A stretch of 64,000 nucleotides of DNA from Candidatus Aminicenantes bacterium (GTDB lineage: Bacteria > Acidobacteriota > Aminicenantia > Aminicenantales > JAFGBC01). Where the stretch lies: the NCBI GenBank assembly GCA_963702005.1, contig OY969696.1:2592001-2656000 (forward strand), given 5' to 3'. Shown piece by piece: positions 35,098 to 45,305 of the stretch. The position numbers and the translations under genes were made by a program. How positions within the stretch are numbered: position 1 is the stretch's first letter; every line of letters begins with the position of its first letter. The notes beneath the pieces are model-generated. The model was not told the origin of the DNA, made no database searches, and was given only the letters and a program-made list of their open reading frames with translations.

Positions 35098-36129
35098 TCA
35101 GCGTGGTTTGGAGGGGACGACGGGCCTTGACGCGAAATGATCGAAGCCCCGCTGGGAGAGCGTTTTATCGCGGCCTTGGAGCCGGTAGGCGAAGCCCCGT
35201 TTCCGGGCGGCGATCCGGCCGATCGGGAACAAAGGCCGTCCGAACTTCCGGCCGAAACGGATGGCGATGGAAGGGAATTCCTTAGGGGCGATCGTCGTCA
35301 GGAGACAATAGTCCTCGCCGCCGGCCGCGGCGAATTCGAGCGGATCCCAACCCTGCCGACGGCAGACGACGACGAAGGAGGGGGAGAGGGGCAGACGCTC
35401 AAGCTCGATAACGGCTCCGCATCCCGACGCCTCCATGATCCTCCTGATATCCGAGTCGATTCCGTCCGAGACATCGATCAGGGCGTGGACGGCGGCCTGC
35501 CGGCCGAGCCAAAGTCCTTCCTCGAGATGGGCGCGGGGACGAACATGGGCGGCGACAAGCTTCTTCTCGTCCCGGCCGGCGCCGATCTCTCCGATGAGGA
35601 CGCGCAGCCCGGCCGCCGAATCGCCCAGGGTCCCGGTGACGGCGATGATGTCGCCGGGGCGGGCTCCCGAGCGCAGCTTGATCCGTGAGGGGCGGCCGAA
35701 GCCCAGGACGGCGACATTGATGATAATGTCTCCCTCGGACCGGGTCGTATCCCCGCCCAGGAGTTCGACCTTCATCTCCCCGGCGAGACGCCGCAGCCCT
35801 CGGAAGAACCCGTCCACCCAGGCGACGTCGATATCGGGCGGAAGCCCCATTGATAGGAAGGCGCTCCTCGGCGTCCCGGCCATGGCCGCGACGTCGCTCA
35901 AGTTCACGGCGAGCGCTTTCGTGCCGAGGTCCTGGGGCGAAATCTTGGACCTGAGGAAGTGGACGCCCTCGACAAGGAGGTCGGTCGTCACGAGGAGGAC
36001 CGCCTCTTTCTTCCAAGGAATGACGGCGCAGTCGTCCCCGATCCCGACCGTGCCGCGGCCGAGTCCTTTGACAAAGGGAGGGGAGAAGCGTCCGATCAGC
36101 CCGAACTCGCCCAGCGCCGTAACTTTCAT
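35098..36129 (-). CDS. thiL: Thiamine-monophosphate kinase
   Basis: Motifs GEFGLI, GIGDDCA, NLSDVAAM, GGDT, DVSDG and GGEDY. Confidence 0.95.
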   Translation of the reverse strand: MKVTALGEFGLIGRFSPPFVKGLGRGTVGIGDDCAVIPWKKEAVLLVTTDLLVEGVHFLRSKISPQDLGTKALAVNLSDVAAMAGTPRSAFLSMGLPPDIDVAWVDGFFRGLRRLAGEMKVELLGGDTTRSEGDIIINVAVLGFGRPSRIKLRSGARPGDIIAVTGTLGDSAAGLRVLIGEIGAGRDEKKLVAAHVRPRAHLEEGLWLGRQAAVHALIDVSDGIDSDIRRIMEASGCGAVIELERLPLSPSFVVVCRRQGWDPLEFAAAGGEDYCLLTTIAPKEFPSIAIRFGRKFGRPLFPIGRIAARKRGFAYRLQGRDKTLSQRGFDHFASRPVVPSKPR

Positions 36130-36130
36130 G

Positions 36131-36781
36131 TCAGTGTCTCCCTCCGGCCCGCGCGCCGTCCACGGCCTCGCGAAGGTCCCGGGCGGCCCGCTCGGGGTCC
36201 GCGGCCGCGCAAATGGCCGAGACGACGGCGATCCCGTCCGCCCCGGCTTCGATGACGGCGCCGGCGTTTTCGGCCTTGATCCCGCCGATGGCGACCAGCG
36301 CGCGGCGGGTCCGGCGGCGCAGCTCTCTCAATCCCCGCAAGCCCCATTCACCCCTCGCATCGGTTTTGGTGGGCGTCGCGAAGACGGGGCTGATTCCCAG
36401 ATAATCGACGTCGCGCATCTCGGCTTCGAGCGCCTGGTCCAAGGTCTCGACCGAGAGGCCGATAACTGCATCCGGACCCAACAGGCGTCTGGCATCTTGG
36501 GGAGAAAGGTCATCCTGCCCGATGTGGATCCCATCCGCATCCAGAAGAAGCGCCAGGTCGGCGCGGTCGTTGACGATGAAAAGGACGCGCAGAGAGCGAC
36601 AGGCGTCCCTGACGCTCTTTCCGATTTCGAGAAATTCCCGGGTCGAACAATCCTTTTCACGGAGCTGGACGGCTGTGGCTCCGCCCCGCACCGCGGCCCG
36701 AACTAAGTCCTCGAGGGTGCGGCCGGCCGCAAGCATCCGGTCGGTCACCAGGACCAGGCTCAGGTCGGGAGAACGTCTCAT
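36131..36781 (-). CDS. thiE: Thiamine-phosphate synthase
   Basis: Motifs VQLREK, VNDRAD, HIGQDD, TPTK and AIGGI. Confidence 0.95.
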   Translation of the reverse strand: MRRSPDLSLVLVTDRMLAAGRTLEDLVRAAVRGGATAVQLREKDCSTREFLEIGKSVRDACRSLRVLFIVNDRADLALLLDADGIHIGQDDLSPQDARRLLGPDAVIGLSVETLDQALEAEMRDVDYLGISPVFATPTKTDARGEWGLRGLRELRRRTRRALVAIGGIKAENAGAVIEAGADGIAVVSAICAAADPERAARDLREAVDGARAGGRH

Positions 36782-37581
36782 CTCCTCTCCAGCTTAAGGA
36801 GCCTTCCGATATCCTTTTCGTCCATGCGGTAGAGGGCGTCTAAGAAACAGGTTTCGAAGCTGGCCGGTCCCCGGGCCTCGGCGCCGGCCAGTTCCCCCGC
36901 GATTCCCATGACGGCCATCGCGTGGGCGGCGGCCTCGAGCCGGGAAGGATTGACGGCGGCGAAGGCGCCGGTCAAGGCCGAGGCGACGCAGCCGAGTCCG
37001 GTTACGCGGGGCATGAGCGGATGACCGTTCGCGATCCGGATGAGTCCGCTGCCGTCAAGGACGATATCGACCGGTCCGCTGACGGAGACGGCCCCGCCCG
37101 TCCGCCGCGCCAGCGTCCGAGCCGCATCGAGCGCGTCGTCGGCGGTATGGCGGGTGTCGACCCCTTTCGTCCCTTTTTCGGACAGGGCGAGGGCCCGGAT
37201 TTCGGAGGCGTTGCCGCGAACGACGGCCGGGGAAAATTGGGCGATGAGGCGCAGAGCCGTGTCGGTGCGGAATTTGGTGGCACCGGCCCCGACCGGGTCG
37301 AGGACGATCGGGATGCCTCTCCGGACGGCCGCCGCCGCGGCCTTCTCCATGGCTTCGATCCAAGGACGGCTCAGGGTGCCGATATTGAGAACCAGGGCGT
37401 CGGCGATCCCCGCCATGTCCTCGACCTCATCCACGGCATGGGCCATGACGGGGGATGCGCCCAGGGCCAACAGAGCGTTGGCGGTGAGATTCATGACGAC
37501 GTAGTTCGTGATGTTATGGACGAGGGGGGATCGGCCCCGGATCGCCTCCACGTCTTTCCAGACGTCGCGTGTTGCAGTCAT
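36778..37581 (-). CDS. thiM: Hydroxyethylthiazole kinase
   Basis: Motifs PLVHNITNYV, GASPVM, NIGTL, LDPVGAG, RGNASEI and TGLGC. Confidence 0.95.
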   Translation of the reverse strand: MTATRDVWKDVEAIRGRSPLVHNITNYVVMNLTANALLALGASPVMAHAVDEVEDMAGIADALVLNIGTLSRPWIEAMEKAAAAAVRRGIPIVLDPVGAGATKFRTDTALRLIAQFSPAVVRGNASEIRALALSEKGTKGVDTRHTADDALDAARTLARRTGGAVSVSGPVDIVLDGSGLIRIANGHPLMPRVTGLGCVASALTGAFAAVNPSRLEAAAHAMAVMGIAGELAGAEARGPASFETCFLDALYRMDEKDIGRLLKLERR

Positions 37582-37755
37582 AATATCACCTTCCTCTTGT
37601 ATTCTAACAAATCCGCCACTCCCGATTCAAAGAACCCTCCAAGAGATCGAGCGTGCCCTCGAATGGCCTGGTCCAAGCCGCCTTGGCCGATGTTCCTGTT
37701 GCGTCCCGTATCGAAACTATGGCATATATTCGACTGGAGGGAAAGGAGACCGTCC

Positions 37756-38781
37756 ATGAAAGTCGCCGTCTTCGGGGAAGTCCTGCTCCGTCTCTCTCCG
37801 CCCGGCAAGGAGAAGCTCTTCCAGAGCCCCGCCTTCCGGGCGACCTTCGGCGGCTCGGAGGCGAACGTCGCCGTCTCCCTGACGATCTGGGGTCATCATT
37901 CACGTATCGTTACGGTTCTGCCTCCCGACGCGATCGGAGAAGCGGCCCTCCGCGAACTCACAAAATGGGGACTCGACACGGCCTTCGTGCGTCGCGCCGG
38001 AGATCGGCTCGGTCTCTATTTTGCCGAGACCGGATCGGGACCGAGGCCGTCCTTGGTCATATACGACCGCGACCGTTCCGGCCTGGCCGAAGCCAAGCCC
38101 GGGGATTTCGATTGGGATAAAGCCCTGGCCGGCCGCGACTGGTTTCACGTATCCGGGATCACGCCCGCGTTGAGCGCATCGGCGGCCGCCCTGACCAGCG
38201 AAGCCGTCGGCGCCGCTCGCGCTCTGGGGCTGACCGTTTCCGTGGACCTCAATTATCGCGCCAAGCTGTGGAGATACGGCCGGAGCGCCGCGGAGGTCAT
38301 GAAGGACATCGTCGGCCGGGCCGATCTTCTCTGCGCCAACGAGGAGGACTGTCAAAAGGGGCTGGGCATCGCCGCTCCGGTCGACCTGAAATCGGGCCCT
38401 CTGGATCCCGGACTCTATGAAAAACTGACCCTGCGCGTAATGGAAGCGTTCCCGTCACTCTCCCGGGTCGCGGTCACCTTGAGGGAGAACCGAGGGGCCG
38501 ACGAGAACGTCTGGTCGGCCGTCCTGCGCAGCCGGACCGGCTTCTTGACGGGTCCGCGCTATACCCTCAGCCCGATCGTGGACCGGATCGGCGCCGGGGA
38601 TGCCTTCGCGGCCGGGCTCATCCACGGTCTTGCGGGTCCGGCCGGCGATCAGGGCGCTCTCGACTTCGCTGTCGCGGCTTCGGCCTTGAAGCACACGATT
38701 GCCGGTGATTTCAACCTGGCCGCGGAGCAGGATGTCAGAGATCTCCTCGCCGGCGACCGTTCGGGGCGCATCCGGCGATGA
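37756..38781 (+). CDS. kdgK: 2-keto-3-deoxygluconate kinase (PfkB family)
   Basis: Motifs FGEVLLRL, GGSEANVA, SGITPAL, DLNYR..LW and DRIGAGDAF. GAAAGGAG RBS before the ATG at 37756. Confidence 0.88.
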   Translation: MKVAVFGEVLLRLSPPGKEKLFQSPAFRATFGGSEANVAVSLTIWGHHSRIVTVLPPDAIGEAALRELTKWGLDTAFVRRAGDRLGLYFAETGSGPRPSLVIYDRDRSGLAEAKPGDFDWDKALAGRDWFHVSGITPALSASAAALTSEAVGAARALGLTVSVDLNYRAKLWRYGRSAAEVMKDIVGRADLLCANEEDCQKGLGIAAPVDLKSGPLDPGLYEKLTLRVMEAFPSLSRVAVTLRENRGADENVWSAVLRSRTGFLTGPRYTLSPIVDRIGAGDAFAAGLIHGLAGPAGDQGALDFAVAASALKHTIAGDFNLAAEQDVRDLLAGDRSGRIRR

Positions 38782-38806
38782 CGGCGGGGAGGGAAAGGAA
38801 ACGGGC

Positions 38807-39442
38807 ATGACGCGAGCCGAAGTCGCGAGGGTCCTATTCGAAGACAAGGTCATCGCCGTCGTCCGCATGGACGATGCCGCCGCGCTCCGCCGCGCCGTCG
38901 AGGCCGTCCGGGAAGGCGGCGTCCGCTGCGTCGAGATCACGATGACGGTTCCCGGCGCCCTCGACATCATCCGCGCTCTCTCCCGGGACGAATCCCTGGA
39001 CATTCTGGTTGGAGCGGGAACGGTCCTGGGCGCCTCGTCGGCCGAGGCCGTCATCGCGGCCGGAGCCCGGTTCGTTGTTTCGCCGGTTCTGGATGAGGAC
39101 GTGGTCCGTTATTGCAGGAACAGGGACGCATTCGTCGTCCCGGGCGCCTTCTCTCCGACCGAGATCGTTCGCGCCCGGGCGATCGGCGCGGACATCGTCA
39201 AGATCTTTCCGGCCGCTTCCCTCGGGCCGGGCTTTTTCAAGGATATCCAAGGACCGCTGCCGGAAATCCCGCTGATGGCGACCGGCGGGATTACGATCGA
39301 GAACGCCAGGTCTTTTATCGATCAGGGCGCGCGCTGCGTCGGGATCGGGACCGCGCTCCTGGATAAAAGGGCCATCGCCGAGCGGCGCTGGGCCGACCTG
39401 ACTCAGAGAGCCCGGGCTCTGGTTTCGTCATTGAAAAAATAG
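38807..39442 (+). CDS. eda: KDPG/KHG aldolase
   Basis: Motifs IAVVR, EIT, GAGTV, FVVSP, PTE, VKIFPA and ATGG. Confidence 0.92.
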   Translation: MTRAEVARVLFEDKVIAVVRMDDAAALRRAVEAVREGGVRCVEITMTVPGALDIIRALSRDESLDILVGAGTVLGASSAEAVIAAGARFVVSPVLDEDVVRYCRNRDAFVVPGAFSPTEIVRARAIGADIVKIFPAASLGPGFFKDIQGPLPEIPLMATGGITIENARSFIDQGARCVGIGTALLDKRAIAERRWADLTQRARALVSSLKK

Positions 39443-39455
39443 TTTTTCGAAGGCC

Positions 39456-39483
39456 TTGATTTTAATAAATTGTGATGTATAAT
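39456..39483 (+). promoter_or_regulatory. Putative sigma70 promoter
   Basis: TTGATT-16 nt-TATAAT in an AT-rich patch. Confidence 0.55.
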
Positions 39484-39489
39484 ATATCC

Positions 39490-39591
39490 AATAGCTTTGC
39501 TTCGCTGGCTGTGCAAGGCAAAGAAGACCCTCCTTCATTTCCCCTAAAACTTAATTTCCCCAAACCCCAATAAAACAGCCAGCCCTTTTCT
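39490..39591 (+). ncRNA. Candidate sRNA or structured leader
   Basis: Lies downstream of the promoter. gctggctgt (39504-39512) pairs with acagccagc (39575-39583), enclosing a C/U-rich tract and followed by cctttt. Confidence 0.35.
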
Positions 39592-39669
39592 GTTAGGAAC
39601 ATTCGACTCTTTACCGGATGCCGCGTTTTCGATACACTTCTTCCTTCGTCCCGCGGATCGGGATCGGTC

Positions 39670-40863
39670 ATGATGAATCAGGACGAACGCGCGATATTCT
39701 GGACCCGAGAATTTATCGTGGCCCTTTTCGGTTACTTCTTCATTTATATGAGCGTGACGCTCTTCCTTCTCTTCCCGCTCTTCCTCCGCCAGTTCCAGCC
39801 CGCCAAGAGTCGGATCGGTCTCATCATGGGCATCCACAGCCTGGTGGCCGTCGTCGTCCGTCCTTTGATCGGCCGATTGAGCGACCTCAAGGGGCGAAGG
39901 ATCATCGCCTTGTCGGGAATCGGCTTGATAGCCATCGTCGTCCCTTTCTTCCATCTCGTCCACGGCGCGGGCTGGTTCCCTCTCATCCTCAGGGCCTTGG
40001 GCGGGCTCGGCTGGGGGATCGGGATGACGGCCACGATCACGCTCGCCTCGGACCTCGCTCCCCGGGATCGGATAGCGCGTTCGATGGGCGTCATCGGGGT
40101 CGCCGGCCTGGTCGCCAACGCCCTCGGTCCCGTCGCGGGCGAAGAGATCCTTCGGCGATTCGGGTTCGGAGGCCTATTCAACGCTAGCCTCGTACTGGCC
40201 ATGGCGGCCATGGCCTGCGTCGGCGTCCTCAAAGATCCGGCCCGGCCGACCGGACCGGCCCGCGCGTCGTCCGCGGCCGCTTCCTTGCGAAGCCGGGGCA
40301 TCGCCGTGCTCCTCGTCATGGCGTCCATGCCCATCATCCACGGCGCCACCAAGGGAGCCATTGACAATTTCATAGCCCTGTTCGGCCGGACGATCGGGTT
40401 CAATCATGTCGGTCCCTTCTTCCTTGCCTTTTCCTGCGCGGCCATCCTGACCCGGGCCGGGCTGGGAGATCTTTCAGACCGGATCGGCCGCAAAAAAGTC
40501 ATCTTCCCTTCCGCCTGCATCGTCAGCCTCAACCTCCTTCTCATCTCCCAGGTCCACGGCTTCCCGCTCTACGTCGCGGCCGGCTTCATCGGGGGATTCG
40601 GCCAGGGCCTCATCTTTCCGGCCCTGAGCACGTACGTCATCGACGTCTTGGGCGCCCCCCAAAAAGGCCTGGCGATCAGCATCTACTTGACGCTTTTCGA
40701 CGTCGGGAATGGGCTGGGCGCGCCGCTGTTCGGCGCCGTATCGGACGTCTCGGGCTACCGGACGATGTACCTGGTCGCCGGAGCCCTGATGATGGCCGTT
40801 AACTTTCTATTTACGCTCAAGGCCCCGGCTTCCGAAACTTTCCGAAAGGAGATATCCCCATGA
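39670..40863 (+). CDS. MFS transporter
   Basis: MFS loop motifs GRLSDLKGRR and GDLSDRIGRK, with about 12 TM segments. Confidence 0.9.
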   Translation: MMNQDERAIFWTREFIVALFGYFFIYMSVTLFLLFPLFLRQFQPAKSRIGLIMGIHSLVAVVVRPLIGRLSDLKGRRIIALSGIGLIAIVVPFFHLVHGAGWFPLILRALGGLGWGIGMTATITLASDLAPRDRIARSMGVIGVAGLVANALGPVAGEEILRRFGFGGLFNASLVLAMAAMACVGVLKDPARPTGPARASSAAASLRSRGIAVLLVMASMPIIHGATKGAIDNFIALFGRTIGFNHVGPFFLAFSCAAILTRAGLGDLSDRIGRKKVIFPSACIVSLNLLLISQVHGFPLYVAAGFIGGFGQGLIFPALSTYVIDVLGAPQKGLAISIYLTLFDVGNGLGAPLFGAVSDVSGYRTMYLVAGALMMAVNFLFTLKAPASETFRKEISP

Positions 40864-41435
40864 CTCTCAGCGATGTCATTCTCGCGCGTCGGACGATCCG
40901 GCAGTTCAAGCCGGACCCGATAGCGAGGGAAGTCCTGGTCAAGTTGGTCGATGCGGGCCGGTTGGCGCCGTCGGCGGCCAACCTCCAGCCCCTCGAGTAT
41001 ATCGTCGTCGACGACCGGGAGAAGTGCGGCCGGGTTTTCCCCTGCCTCAAGTGGGCGGCATATATCGCGCCCAAGGGCAATCCGCTTCCGGGGCAGGAGC
41101 CCGCGGCCTGCATCGTCGTCCTCGTCAACACGGCGGTCCGGGACAAGATGTTCGAGTACGACGTCGGAGCCGCCGTCGAGAACATGATTGTGGCCGCCTT
41201 GGCCGAGGGCGTCGGGAGCTGTTGGCTCATCTCGGTCGATCGCGAGAAGGCCGCCGAAGTCCTGGGCGTCCCGCCCGGCTATAGGATCGACTCGGTCCTG
41301 GCCCTCGGCCGCCCGGCCGAGACTCCGGTCGTCGAGGAGCTCATGGATTCGGCCAAGTACTGGAAGGACGATGAGGGTCGCCTCCACGTCCCCAAGCGGA
41401 CCCTGGCCCGCGTTCTTCACATTAACGGGTTCTGA
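40860..41435 (+). CDS. Nitroreductase family protein
   Basis: Motifs RRTIRQF, APSAANLQP, GVGSCW and PKR. Confidence 0.9.
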   Translation: MTLSDVILARRTIRQFKPDPIAREVLVKLVDAGRLAPSAANLQPLEYIVVDDREKCGRVFPCLKWAAYIAPKGNPLPGQEPAACIVVLVNTAVRDKMFEYDVGAAVENMIVAALAEGVGSCWLISVDREKAAEVLGVPPGYRIDSVLALGRPAETPVVEELMDSAKYWKDDEGRLHVPKRTLARVLHINGF

Positions 41436-41437
41436 GG

Positions 41438-42784
41438 TCAAACCCCGGCCACGGTCATCTCGGCGACCTTGATGGTCGGCCCGGCGACCGCGCTCCGGAA
41501 ATCGAGGTCGTTGCCGATGGTCTCGATATTGCGCAGGATATCGCCCAGGTTGCCGGCGATCGTGATCTCGGAGACCGGATAGGCGACGGCTCCCCCTTCG
41601 ATCCAGAGCCCGAAGGCGCCCCGCGAGATATCGCCGGTCACGGGATTGAGTCCGTGGCCCAGCGTCCTGACAAGGAGGAGTCCCTTCCCGACGGACCGGA
41701 CGATCTCCTCGGGCGACGAACGGCCCGGGCTGAGATAGAAATTGTTGGGGCCGACGCCGCCGCCGTCGCCGTTTCCGGTCGTCTCCGTGCCGAGCTTGCG
41801 CGCCGCGTAGGTGTTGGTCAGGTAGTTTTTGAGAACGCCGCCTTCGATGACCGGAGTTTTACGACAGGGGACACCCTCTGCGTCAAACGGCCTCGTCCCC
41901 GGCATCCCGGGCATCAATCCGTCGTCGAGGACCGTGATCCTCTCGTCGGCGATCCTCTCGCCCAGCTTGCCGGCCAGGAATGTCGCCCGTTGGTAGACGG
42001 CCGTTCCGGAGACGCAGCCAAACAGGAACCCGAGAAGCCAGGCGGTCATATCCGGTTCGAACACGACCGGCACGTTCTGGGTCGGGATCTTCTTCGGGTT
42101 GAGCTGGCGGACGGTGCGTTCGACGGCCTTGCGGGCGATCGCCTCGGGGCTCTCGAGGTCCCGGAACCGGCGCCGGCTCGAGGACCAGCCGTCCTCGACC
42201 AGGTCGTCGGTATCCCCGGCCTGGAGTCCGAGGCCAAGGCTGCAGTAGGTCTGATCGTATTCGCCCAGGAAGCCGTTCGAGTTGGCGAGGATGAGGCCCC
42301 CCTGGTGGGCGCTGTAGCTCGCCCCTTGGGAGTTCGTGATCCGCCGATCGGACAGGGCGATTCGTTCCGTCTCCAGGGCGAGCCCGATCTTCGTCCGCGA
42401 GGGAATCCGAGCGATTTCGGGATCATAGAGCCCGAGCGTGGAGGCCTCAATCCCGAAACGGGAGTGGGGCGGGAGGCCGGCGCATTCGTCGGGGCTGGAC
42501 AACATCGCCCTTGTCACGGCGTTCTTCATCAGGCCTTTTAAAACCGGCCAAGACAGATCCGAGGAACCCGCCGAGGCGGTCCGCCGTTCCTTGATGACGC
42601 GGAATCCGACCGACCGAGACCCGGCTTCGACGAGGCTTTCGATCGCGCCCAGGCGGACGTCGACGTGGAACTCGGAGCCGCGGCCGACATGGACCTCGAC
42701 CTCGTCGGCGCCCAGAGATTTTCCCAGCTTGACAAGGCGCTCGGCCAGCCGCCGCAGCTCGGCCCGGTCCTGGATGTCTTTCAC
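41438..42784 (-). CDS. pmbA: TldE/PmbA peptidase partner
   Basis: Motifs FDAEGV, NPVTGDISRGAFG, PVSEITIAGNL and VAG. No HExxH. Confidence 0.9.
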   Translation of the reverse strand: MKDIQDRAELRRLAERLVKLGKSLGADEVEVHVGRGSEFHVDVRLGAIESLVEAGSRSVGFRVIKERRTASAGSSDLSWPVLKGLMKNAVTRAMLSSPDECAGLPPHSRFGIEASTLGLYDPEIARIPSRTKIGLALETERIALSDRRITNSQGASYSAHQGGLILANSNGFLGEYDQTYCSLGLGLQAGDTDDLVEDGWSSSRRRFRDLESPEAIARKAVERTVRQLNPKKIPTQNVPVVFEPDMTAWLLGFLFGCVSGTAVYQRATFLAGKLGERIADERITVLDDGLMPGMPGTRPFDAEGVPCRKTPVIEGGVLKNYLTNTYAARKLGTETTGNGDGGGVGPNNFYLSPGRSSPEEIVRSVGKGLLLVRTLGHGLNPVTGDISRGAFGLWIEGGAVAYPVSEITIAGNLGDILRNIETIGNDLDFRSAVAGPTIKVAEMTVAGV

Positions 42785-44226
42785 GCCCGGCCTCCCACCG
42801 TCATCTGGGCGATCTTGAGGGTCGGACAGCCGTCCGTGACGGGAATATCCTGACCGTCTTTGCTGCAGGTCCCGGTCTGCAGGCTGAAGGCGAGGTCCGA
42901 TCCGACCATTTCGACCTTACCCAAGATGTCGATGTTGCTGCCTATCAGGGTCGCCTGTCTGACGGGCGCGGTCAGTCGGCCGCCCTCGATCAGGTGGCCC
43001 GAAGACACGGAGAAAGTAAATTTGCCGGAATCCTCGACCTGGCCCCCCAGGAACTGCTCGGCATAAAGGCCCTTCCGGACCGAAGCGACGATCTCCTCGG
43101 GCTCATGGGCGCCGGCCGCGATGAAGATGTTCGACATCCGGGGCAGCGGCCAAAAACTGTAATCCTCGCGGCGTCCGTGTCCGGTCGGGGCCGTCTTGAA
43201 AAAGCGGGCCGAGAGGAGGTCCTGGAGCAGGCCGACGGCCTTGCCTTTCTCGATGAGAACGGTCGGCCGGGGGACGGTCCCTTCGTCGTCAATGTTGTAG
43301 GAGCCGCGGTAGCGGGGAATCGTCGGGTCGTCAATGATCGTGACCAGATCGCTCCCGACCTGTTTCCCCATCTTGTCCCAGAGGACCGACGTCTTGCGGC
43401 GGTGGAAATCCGCCTCGAGGAGATGGCCGACGGCTTCGTGGATGAGGACGCCGGCGTGGCCGGGAGCGAGAACGACGGGCATCTCACCGGCCGGCGCGTC
43501 CTGCGCGTCGAGAAGGCGGAGAGCTTCATCGGCGGCTTCCCGCCCGATCGTCCGCGGCGTCAGGGTTTCCTCGAAGTATTCGAGGCCGACCCGGCCGCCG
43601 CCGCCGTGGAATCCGGACTCTTTGCGGCCCTCCCTTTCGGCGATGGCCGAACAGCTCAATTTGATAAGGGGCCTGACATCCCGAACGCGGAGGCCCTCGG
43701 AATTGACGATGCTCACGTACTGGATGCTTTCGCCCAGCGCGGCCTTGACCTTGATGATCCTCGCATCATGGTCCCGGGCGCTTTGGTAGGCGTCCCTGAC
43801 GAGGCCGATCTTCGCGTCGAGGGGGGCCCGATGGGAGGGGACGCGGACCGGGTAAAGGCGGTGGAGGCTCCTGCGCGTTTTGAGAGACGAAACGGCCCGC
43901 GCGGCGCGCCCGGAAGCGATGGCGGCCGCCGTCTGCGCGGCGCTCTTGATCGCGGACCAGGTCGGGTCGTTCGTGAATCCGTAGCCCGTCATTTCCCCCT
44001 TGAGAACGCGGATGCCGAGGCCGAGGCTGATCGACTCGGCCGTTTCTTTAATGATGTCCTCTTCCATCAGGATGAAGCCGAAGGTCCGGTATTCGCAAAA
44101 TATTTCGGCGAAATCGCCGCCCTGGGCCAGGGCCAAGTTGAGGATCCGGAGCTCGTCCCGCTCGGTCAGCTCGAAATGATCGATGTAGGGAAGGGACCGT
44201 CCAGCCGGCGCGGTCTTCGCCCTCAT
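42781..44226 (-). CDS. tldD: TldD metalloprotease
   Basis: Motifs HEAVGHLLEAD, DDEG, PRMSN, GTCSKDGQ..PV..GCPT and TVGG. Confidence 0.92.
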   Translation of the reverse strand: MRAKTAPAGRSLPYIDHFELTERDELRILNLALAQGGDFAEIFCEYRTFGFILMEEDIIKETAESISLGLGIRVLKGEMTGYGFTNDPTWSAIKSAAQTAAAIASGRAARAVSSLKTRRSLHRLYPVRVPSHRAPLDAKIGLVRDAYQSARDHDARIIKVKAALGESIQYVSIVNSEGLRVRDVRPLIKLSCSAIAEREGRKESGFHGGGGRVGLEYFEETLTPRTIGREAADEALRLLDAQDAPAGEMPVVLAPGHAGVLIHEAVGHLLEADFHRRKTSVLWDKMGKQVGSDLVTIIDDPTIPRYRGSYNIDDEGTVPRPTVLIEKGKAVGLLQDLLSARFFKTAPTGHGRREDYSFWPLPRMSNIFIAAGAHEPEEIVASVRKGLYAEQFLGGQVEDSGKFTFSVSSGHLIEGGRLTAPVRQATLIGSNIDILGKVEMVGSDLAFSLQTGTCSKDGQDIPVTDGCPTLKIAQMTVGGRA

Positions 44227-45257
44227 CAGAGAGATCCTTTACGCAGCCGCCTGCGTTCCCTGAGGAAGGGGACGAGTAGGACGAGAATGCTCCCGACGCC
44301 CAGGCTGTACTCACAGAGATTGGTCAAGAGATGAACGCCTATCCCGGACAGGATGGCCGTCTGGGCGTCGAAGCCGAGGAAGCCGAGGGTCAAGGCCCAG
44401 GCCGATTCCCAAGTACCGAACCCGGCCAGCCCCTTGATGGGCAGGACCGAAGTCAGTTCGGCCCCCGTCAGGCCGAGGACGCATTTCCAGAAATTAACCG
44501 CCTCGAGGCTGAAACCGCGGCTGCGAAGCAGCGCGTAGAGAAGAAAAAAGAGCGAAAAATATTTTAGGAGGCGGATAATCAGGGACATGATAAAGGTCTG
44601 CCAGAAGATCCTCCTCTGTTGAACCCAGCCCAGCGTTTCCCGGGTCGATGCGAGCTTATCCAGGGTTAGCCTGAGCCAAGGCTTTTCCTCGGCGCGGACG
44701 ATGCGCGCCGTCCGGCGCAGAAAGCGGCCGGCTAAACCCAGAGCCGGGACGAGCTTCCATAAGACGAGAGCGATGGCAAGGAAGAAGATGGCAGCGGTGG
44801 CCAGCAGGGGGGCGCTCGAGAGGACAGTCGCGCCGAAACCGACGATGAGAACGGCCGCGACCACGAACGGGCTCAAGGTCAGGAAGTCGAAGACGAAGGC
44901 CAGGATGAAGGCGGAGGACGCCAGCTCGAAGGTGTAGCCGAGCCTTCGGTTCAGGACGTAGATGAAGGACAGAGATCCTAAGCGCATCGGCAGAAGGTCG
45001 ACCAAGCTGTTCCGGATCAGGGTCGTGAGCAGGATCGGACCCCAGCCGATCTCGGTCGGCTTGAGAAACCACTTGTAGCGGAGGGCGCGCACGAACGTGC
45101 CGGCAAGCATGAGGGCCAGGTAGGCGAGGAAGGCCGGGACATGAATCTCACGGAAAACGCGGGCGACCTGACCGGGCTCGACCTGCTTCAACAGGAGTGC
45201 CATGAGCAATAACGATACGCCCAGCGAGACCGCGACGTACCTCCACTTCTTGTTCAT
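44226..45257 (-). CDS. Lysylphosphatidylglycerol synthase TM / flippase-like (UPF0104) membrane protein
   Basis: Motifs RALR, LLP.RLG and LP..LAGFGTWE in a multi-TM protein. Confidence 0.78.
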   Translation of the reverse strand: MNKKWRYVAVSLGVSLLLMALLLKQVEPGQVARVFREIHVPAFLAYLALMLAGTFVRALRYKWFLKPTEIGWGPILLTTLIRNSLVDLLPMRLGSLSFIYVLNRRLGYTFELASSAFILAFVFDFLTLSPFVVAAVLIVGFGATVLSSAPLLATAAIFFLAIALVLWKLVPALGLAGRFLRRTARIVRAEEKPWLRLTLDKLASTRETLGWVQQRRIFWQTFIMSLIIRLLKYFSLFFLLYALLRSRGFSLEAVNFWKCVLGLTGAELTSVLPIKGLAGFGTWESAWALTLGFLGFDAQTAILSGIGVHLLTNLCEYSLGVGSILVLLVPFLRERRRLRKGSL

Positions 45258-45305
45258 CTCCCGTGTATCTTAGGAAGGGCGCCGGATTTTGTCAAACCCT
45301 TCTAT

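Noticed and set aside
37582-37755. TPP riboswitch upstream of thiM-thiE-thiL
   Set aside because: Expected from context, but no GCTGAGA or CCTGAT...GCGTAGGGA core is visible on the minus strand.
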